A model generated the notes under the pieces. It saw only the letters and a list, made by a program, of their open reading frames with translations. It did no database searches and had not been told where the DNA came from. Below, piece after piece: positions 59,068-64,000 of a DNA stretch of 64,000 nt (positions within the stretch are counted from its first letter, which is position 1; each line of letters opens with the position of its first letter). The stretch lies in NCBI GenBank assembly GCA_963716395.1, contig OY970309.1, positions 3,360,001-3,424,000 on the forward strand, in the 5' to 3' direction. This stretch comes from an uncultured Fibrobacteria bacterium (GTDB lineage Bacteria > Fibrobacterota > Fibrobacteria > UBA11236). Both the position numbers and the translations under genes were made by a program.

Positions 59068-59736
59068 ATGCGGCGCCTGTTTGTCGGCGATGTGCACGGC
59101 TGTGCGGACGAGTTGGAAAGTCTCCTCGATCGCTTCGCCTTCGTCCCCGGCTCCGACCAGCTGTTTTCGGTGGGAGACATCCTGGGCAAAGGTCCGAAGG
59201 CTCGCGAAGCCCTAAGCCTGTTGCGCCGCCTGCACGCCTGTACCGTACTCGGCAACCACGACGCCTTTTGCCTCGAAGGCGCGGCCTTGCCCGAAAACCG
59301 GCGCAAAGAGTCGCACCGCCGTTACCTGGATTCGCTGGGCTCGGGCCTGGAACGCAACGCCTGGCTGGCCGAGCTGGCGTCGTGGCCGCTGTTCCACGAA
59401 GAATCAGACTTGATTCTGGTGCATGCCGGCCTGGAGCCGGGGGTGGCTTCGTTGGCGCGGATGCGTCGACGCATCCTGCTCAATATTCGCACTTGGGACG
59501 GCGAAGGCGCGGATTTGAAATCTGAGTCGAACCCGCCCTGGTTCGAATGCGTCGCACCCGGAAAAACCGTGGTATTCGGGCATTGGGCCAAACGCGGCCT
59601 GGTCGATTTGCCGCTTTTCAAAGGGCTCGACACCGGCTGCGTCTACGGAAAATTATTGACCGGCTGGTGTCCCGAAGAAAATCGCTTGTATCAGGTTCCG
59701 GCGCGACAGGCTTATGCGCCCATCCGCGGCGATTGA
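59068..59736 (+). CDS. Metallophosphoesterase (ApaH/PrpE-like)
   Basis: GDVHGC, VGDI..KGP, LGNHD, VHAG, FGHW, LDTGCVYG. Confidence 0.9.
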   Translation: MRRLFVGDVHGCADELESLLDRFAFVPGSDQLFSVGDILGKGPKAREALSLLRRLHACTVLGNHDAFCLEGAALPENRRKESHRRYLDSLGSGLERNAWLAELASWPLFHEESDLILVHAGLEPGVASLARMRRRILLNIRTWDGEGADLKSESNPPWFECVAPGKTVVFGHWAKRGLVDLPLFKGLDTGCVYGKLLTGWCPEENRLYQVPARQAYAPIRGD

Positions 59737-59848
59737 TTCGGATCAAACACCAATCCCGATTATCCACAGCTCCGAGTCGAAATGATTGTCATCGCCGTGA
59801 TTCTGGAATTTGCCGTTCGCGCCGATGGAAAAGGAAATCCGGTCTGGC

Positions 59849-61252
59849 TTAATCCACTTCCCAGCGCCGGATGGTGTTGGTGCGGTTCTTGCCGTGGATG
59901 GGATAGCCGAACACGAAAACCACCACGTCGCCGCGCCGCACCAGTCCGCGCGCTTTCAATTCGGCCTCGATTTTGCGGAATACGGTTTCAGCTTCACGCA
60001 CCGGTTCGATGCGGATGGGATACACCGAATAGTACAGCGCGGCGCGGTGGTAGATGGCCGGCCGCGTGCAAGCCACTACGATGGGGATGTTGCCGCGATA
60101 GGTGGAAAGAATGCGCGGCGTGGAGCCGTGCGTGCTGATGGTGATGAGCACCTTGGCGCCGGAGCTGAGGCTGAGATACAGTCCGGCCTCACAGGTGAGC
60201 GCGATGGATTCGGAATGCGGCACGCTGATGATGTCTTCTTCGAGGTTGCGTTCCGCCGCGCGGATGATGCGATCCATCATGGCCACGGTTTGCACGGGAT
60301 ATTTTCCGGCCGCGGTTTCGCCCGACAGCATGAGCCCGTCGACGCGGGCCAGGGCGCCGGTAGAAACGTCGCTCACCTCGGCGCGCGTGGGCAGCGGATT
60401 CTCCATCATGGTCTCGAGCATTTGCGTGGCCACCAAGGTGAGCTTGCCGAACTCGCGCGCGAGGTGCACGATATTGCGCTGGATGGTGGGAATGCGCTCC
60501 AAATCCAACTCGACGCCCAAATCCCCGCGCGCCACCATCACGCCGTCCGAGGCTTCGACGATGGCGCGCAGATGCTCCACCGCCGCGGCGTTTTCGATCT
60601 TGGAAATGATGGGAATGTGTAAGTTCAACCGGCGGCAAAAGGCCCGCAACCGATCCAGGTCTTGAACCTGACTGACGAACGACGCCGCCACCCAATCGAA
60701 TCCGGCGCGGGCGATGAAGCGCAAATCGACTTGGTCTTTGCGCGTAGGAAAAGGCAATCCCAAATCCACGCCCGGCACGTTCAGCGATTTGCCCGGCTTG
60801 AGGGTACCGCCCCGCACCACCTTGCCGTGGGCGCGACCGTCGGCGCGCAATCCTTGGAATTCGATTTCGAGCTTGCCGTCGTCGAGCAGAATGCGCTGCC
60901 CCTTTTGCGCGCGCTTGAGCCAGCCCGCATGGGTGATGCCCACGGTGTTGCTCTCGGGATGACCGGCGCCGCGGGTCAGGGTGACCGCAGCGCCCGGCGC
61001 CAGCAAATAGGTCTTGCGATCGACGCGGATTTTCGGGCCCATCAAATCGGCGAGCACGGCGCAGGGCCGGTCCAGACGCTGCGCCGTTTCGCGCACCAAG
61101 CGCAGGTAACGCAGGTGTTGCGCCGGATCGCCGTGGGAAAAATTGATGCGCACCGCATCGGCCCCGGCGCGCAGCGCCGCCTCAAGCACCGACGGGTCTT
61201 CCAGGGCCGGCCCCATGGTCATCAGGATCTTGGAACGGCGCAAGGTGAGCAT
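59849..61252 (-). CDS. pyk: Pyruvate kinase
   Basis: KI..T.GP, R.NFSHG, DL.GPKIR, KIE, MVARGDLG, ATQML..M..NP.PTRAEVSDV, MLSGETA. Confidence 0.96.
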   Translation of the reverse strand: MLTLRRSKILMTMGPALEDPSVLEAALRAGADAVRINFSHGDPAQHLRYLRLVRETAQRLDRPCAVLADLMGPKIRVDRKTYLLAPGAAVTLTRGAGHPESNTVGITHAGWLKRAQKGQRILLDDGKLEIEFQGLRADGRAHGKVVRGGTLKPGKSLNVPGVDLGLPFPTRKDQVDLRFIARAGFDWVAASFVSQVQDLDRLRAFCRRLNLHIPIISKIENAAAVEHLRAIVEASDGVMVARGDLGVELDLERIPTIQRNIVHLAREFGKLTLVATQMLETMMENPLPTRAEVSDVSTGALARVDGLMLSGETAAGKYPVQTVAMMDRIIRAAERNLEEDIISVPHSESIALTCEAGLYLSLSSGAKVLITISTHGSTPRILSTYRGNIPIVVACTRPAIYHRAALYYSVYPIRIEPVREAETVFRKIEAELKARGLVRRGDVVVFVFGYPIHGKNRTNTIRRWEVD

Positions 61253-61354
61253 AGATTAAAGTTAACCCACCTTGGCATTCCCCGTTGCGATTCGCCCGCG
61301 GCTGACCTACTCTTTACCGGCCATCGGGCCGCGGCCCTCCCCGGAAAGAAGAAC

Positions 61355-62464
61355 ATGCTTACGGCTTTGGGTTGGATCTTGGCAGCCGTGTACGCGGCCT
61401 TTCTGGTGTTTTGCTTCCGCGGCGCCCGCGCCTTGCGCCGCGCCCGGCCGGTCGAGCCTGCGGGCCGGCCCTCGGTCACCGTGGTGGTGCCGCTGCGCAA
61501 CGAAGAACACCATGCGGCGGAAACTTTGGCCGCCCTCGCCCAACAGGATTACACCGGTGAGTGGCATGTCGTGTGCGTCGATGATCGCTCCACCGACCGC
61601 ACGCCCGCAATCCTGGCAGCATTTTGCGCCATGAATCCGCGCTTCACCTGGTTTTCCATTCACCTGGACGCCCCCGCCGTGCCCAGCCCGAAAAAGCGGG
61701 CGCTGGCCGAAGGGTTCTCCCGCGCCCGCGGCGAAGTGCTGATGACCACCGATGCCGATTGTTTACCGCCCCCGGGTTGGCTGCGCGCCTTGGCCGAAGC
61801 CTTCGCGCCCGCCGTCGGAATCGTGCAGGGGCCGAAGCGCATCCGCGCGGCCGGCGGCCTGCTGCAACGTTATCAGGAAGTGGAAGTGTTCGGCCTGGTC
61901 AGCATTGAAGCCGCTTCCTTTGCCTTGGGCCGCCCCCTGTTGGCCAGCGCGCCTTCCCTGGCCTATCGCCGCGAACTCTACCAAGCCGTGGGCGGATTCG
62001 CGGGTATCGAAGACAGCGTGTCGGGCGACGACGATTTGCTGGTGCGCAAAATGCTGCGGCGGGGAGGATTCACCGTGCGCTATGTGCCCGACGTACAGGC
62101 CTGTGTAACCACGGGCCCCGCGCCTTCGTGGCCGGCCATGCTGCAGCAACGCGCGCGCTGGGCCAGCAACGGAACGCGCTATCCGGAAAAGGGATTCGTT
62201 GCCGCGTTGGGCGGATTGTATCTGTTTTACGCGTGGCTTTTTTTTGCGCCGCTGGGCGCGGCATTGGGATGCATTCCCTGGTCCAGCGTGGCGCTGCTGT
62301 GGATTCTCAAAATCGGATTGAACGGAATTTTTCTGGCGCAAACCGCGCCGATACTGGGCCTGCGCGGCCTGGGCCGCGACTTGGTATGGTGCGAAATCCT
62401 GCATGTCCCCATTGTCCTTCTCGCCGTGCCCATGGGTCGTTTCGGTTGGTATCGCTGGCGGTGA
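61355..62464 (+). CDS. Family 2 glycosyltransferase, membrane-bound
   Basis: VVVPLRNEE, VDDRSTD, TTDAD, GDD, QRARW; N- and C-terminal TMs. Confidence 0.92.
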   Translation: MLTALGWILAAVYAAFLVFCFRGARALRRARPVEPAGRPSVTVVVPLRNEEHHAAETLAALAQQDYTGEWHVVCVDDRSTDRTPAILAAFCAMNPRFTWFSIHLDAPAVPSPKKRALAEGFSRARGEVLMTTDADCLPPPGWLRALAEAFAPAVGIVQGPKRIRAAGGLLQRYQEVEVFGLVSIEAASFALGRPLLASAPSLAYRRELYQAVGGFAGIEDSVSGDDDLLVRKMLRRGGFTVRYVPDVQACVTTGPAPSWPAMLQQRARWASNGTRYPEKGFVAALGGLYLFYAWLFFAPLGAALGCIPWSSVALLWILKIGLNGIFLAQTAPILGLRGLGRDLVWCEILHVPIVLLAVPMGRFGWYRWR

Positions 62465-62517
62465 CGGCGGGGTTGAGTTGATATCTTAAACCCCGTTCGG
62501 CGGCCCGGAGGATATTT

Positions 62518-62994
62518 ATGTCTGGTGTCAAATACCTGCCCCGCTTGGCGGACGCGGCGGCCTTGCTGGGATTGGGTTTACTTCTCACCGCTTCGGATTG
62601 CCACAACAGCGTCATCATCACCCCGCCGGTCAATGCCGAAATCTGCAACAATGGCATCGACGACGACGGCAACGGCCTCACCGACTGCCGCGATCCCGTC
62701 TGTTTCACCAGCGCTTATTGCCGGCCGGCGCTGACCATCAATCCGGTTTCCACTCCCGTCGCGTTTGACACCTTGACGCTGACGGGCACCCAGCAGAACG
62801 CGGCTTCGATTACGGCCAGCATCTCGCCGGTGATCAACGGCCGCGGCGGATCGGCCGTGCTGTCGGGATCTTCCTGGTCGTTGCAGCTCACCGATCTGAT
62901 CAACGGCACCACCACGGTGACCTTGGTGGCCGTGGATTCCACCGGCGCGCTGCAAGACACTCTCCCGGTTACGTTCACCGTGGTTCTGCCCTGA
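62518..62994 (+). CDS. Small exported/lipoprotein with one Cys/Asp-rich motif and an Ig-like domain
   Basis: GGAGG RBS, hydrophobic leader ending LTASDC, EICNNGIDDDGNGLTDCRDPVC, Thr-rich beta strands. Confidence 0.8.
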   Translation: MSGVKYLPRLADAAALLGLGLLLTASDCHNSVIITPPVNAEICNNGIDDDGNGLTDCRDPVCFTSAYCRPALTINPVSTPVAFDTLTLTGTQQNAASITASISPVINGRGGSAVLSGSSWSLQLTDLINGTTTVTLVAVDSTGALQDTLPVTFTVVLP

Positions 62995-63917
62995 TGATTT
63001 TTTGGGCCGTGGCTTCGGCTTTGTGGTTGGGAGCGGCGCCCGCTGCGGATACCTCTTCCTGCCGCGCTTTCGGCACCGGACTGCAGCCGGTGAGTTTCGA
63101 CGCGAACTTTTTTCACACAGCCGAATCCTGCCTGCGCGTAAATCCGGCGGCCTTTCGCTCCGTATGCGACGGGATGACGGATTATCGCCGCGGCTTTTTT
63201 ACCGAAGCCGCGCTGGACGCGGGCTATCCGGACCTGGCGCGGCGATTCTTGCCCGCCGACCCGGTCGCATCGAAGTTACTCCCGCTGGTGCGCATCGCCC
63301 AGGCGCGCCTGGCGGCCGCCGCCGGCCGTTGGCGCGTCGCCGACTCCCTGCTCGCCGCCTGGAAAAACAATCCCGAGCGCCAGGGCGGCAGCGGCACCGT
63401 GCTGTTCTGGCAGGGCTGGTCGGCGGCTATGCAAAACCGTCGCGCCGCCGCGGATTCGTTGTTCATGCTCTCCAGCGCCTATGCCGAAGAAGCGAGCGCG
63501 CAAAAAGCCCTCGCCTACCGCTTCGCCACCTTGTTAGATACCGGCGCCGCCTGGTCGGCCTATGTGCACGGACTGCCCGAAAGCCCTTGGTCCGATTCGG
63601 CGCGGCTGGGTGCCTTGCAAGGCGTACCGGTGGCTTCTCCGCTGCACCCTTATGCGCTTTGGCAAGAAGCCGAGTGGTTCGCTCGTGCCGGAAAACGCCC
63701 ACAGGCCAAAGCGGTGCTGGCGGAACTGGCCCAAAATACGGAATCTTTGCCGGGCCGGCGCGCCGCCGTGCAACTGGCTTGGTTTAAGGAATCGCAGGCT
63801 CCGGATTCGGCTCTTGCCGCTTATGAACGCCTGCTCTTAGAATATCAACAAGGCGTGCCCGCGGAATTCGCGCGCAGCCGGATCAAAGCAATGACCCCGG
63901 AAAACCCAAGCCCATGA
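62994..63917 (+). CDS. Hypothetical exported helical (TPR-like) protein
   Basis: Signal peptide (APA-AD), helical repeats, C-terminal YE.LL.EY..G..A..AR; start overlaps the upstream stop. Confidence 0.65.
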   Translation: MIFWAVASALWLGAAPAADTSSCRAFGTGLQPVSFDANFFHTAESCLRVNPAAFRSVCDGMTDYRRGFFTEAALDAGYPDLARRFLPADPVASKLLPLVRIAQARLAAAAGRWRVADSLLAAWKNNPERQGGSGTVLFWQGWSAAMQNRRAAADSLFMLSSAYAEEASAQKALAYRFATLLDTGAAWSAYVHGLPESPWSDSARLGALQGVPVASPLHPYALWQEAEWFARAGKRPQAKAVLAELAQNTESLPGRRAAVQLAWFKESQAPDSALAAYERLLLEYQQGVPAEFARSRIKAMTPENPSP

Positions 63918-64000
63918 GCATTCGGTGGATACGCAATGTGGAAGTCGACGGCAAGCCTTCGACCTTGGAGATCATGTTGGGTTGGTCGAAAATCGCGGAC
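63914..64000 (+). CDS. 5' end of hypothetical protein (MSIRWIRNVEVDGKPSTLEIMLG...), truncated at window edge
   Basis: ATGA overlap with the upstream stop; frame open to the window end. Confidence 0.5.
   Translation, partial: MSIRWIRNVEVDGKPSTLEIMLGWSKIAD

Noticed and set aside
60662-61354. N-terminal extensions in the ORF track (GT2, hflX, aroKB, Omp85, thioesterase) as fusions
   Set aside because: They overlap neighbouring genes; better starts with an RBS or stop/start coupling lie downstream

Overview
GC-rich bacterial chromosomal window of mostly housekeeping and cell-envelope genes, probably from the FCB group (Fibrobacterota-like; this is inferred from gene content and order, not from a database search). 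About 50 CDSs are supported. I found no rRNA, tRNA, CRISPR array, transposase or prophage gene. Main blocks: (1) DAHP synthase end, DEAD-box helicase, DsbA, pgl, dienelactone hydrolase, DTW protein, ArsC; (2) a translationally coupled lipoprotein / ~1,080-aa beta-barrel / Omp85 operon divergent from an ECF sigma factor with a sigma54-type promoter; (3) ZIP transporter and a GAF-AAA+ sigma54 activator; (4) a long + strand run pepA-guaA-hflX-DUF58-BatA-aroE-aroKB-SDR-mraY-like-UAP-LpxL-like; (5) a ~3,580-aa exported TPR protein with tandem Ala-rich repeats and an internal 812-aa duplication; (6) epmA-efp/epmB; (7) lptC-lptA-lptB-rpoN-hpf-hprK-mlaD-GH57-ptsH-ptsI; (8) MATE, thioesterase, REC-GGDEF-EAL, pyrF, fpr, ApaH-like, pyk, GT2 and small exported proteins. 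The most notable observations are the candidate outer-membrane translocon operon, the giant TPR protein whose repeats are an array of D-S/T-x sequons, an apparently inactive SDR next to an orphan MraY, a promoter-plus-terminator-bounded candidate sRNA, a sigma54-driven and probably leaderless ECF gene, and a compensated frameshift in the GH57 gene.
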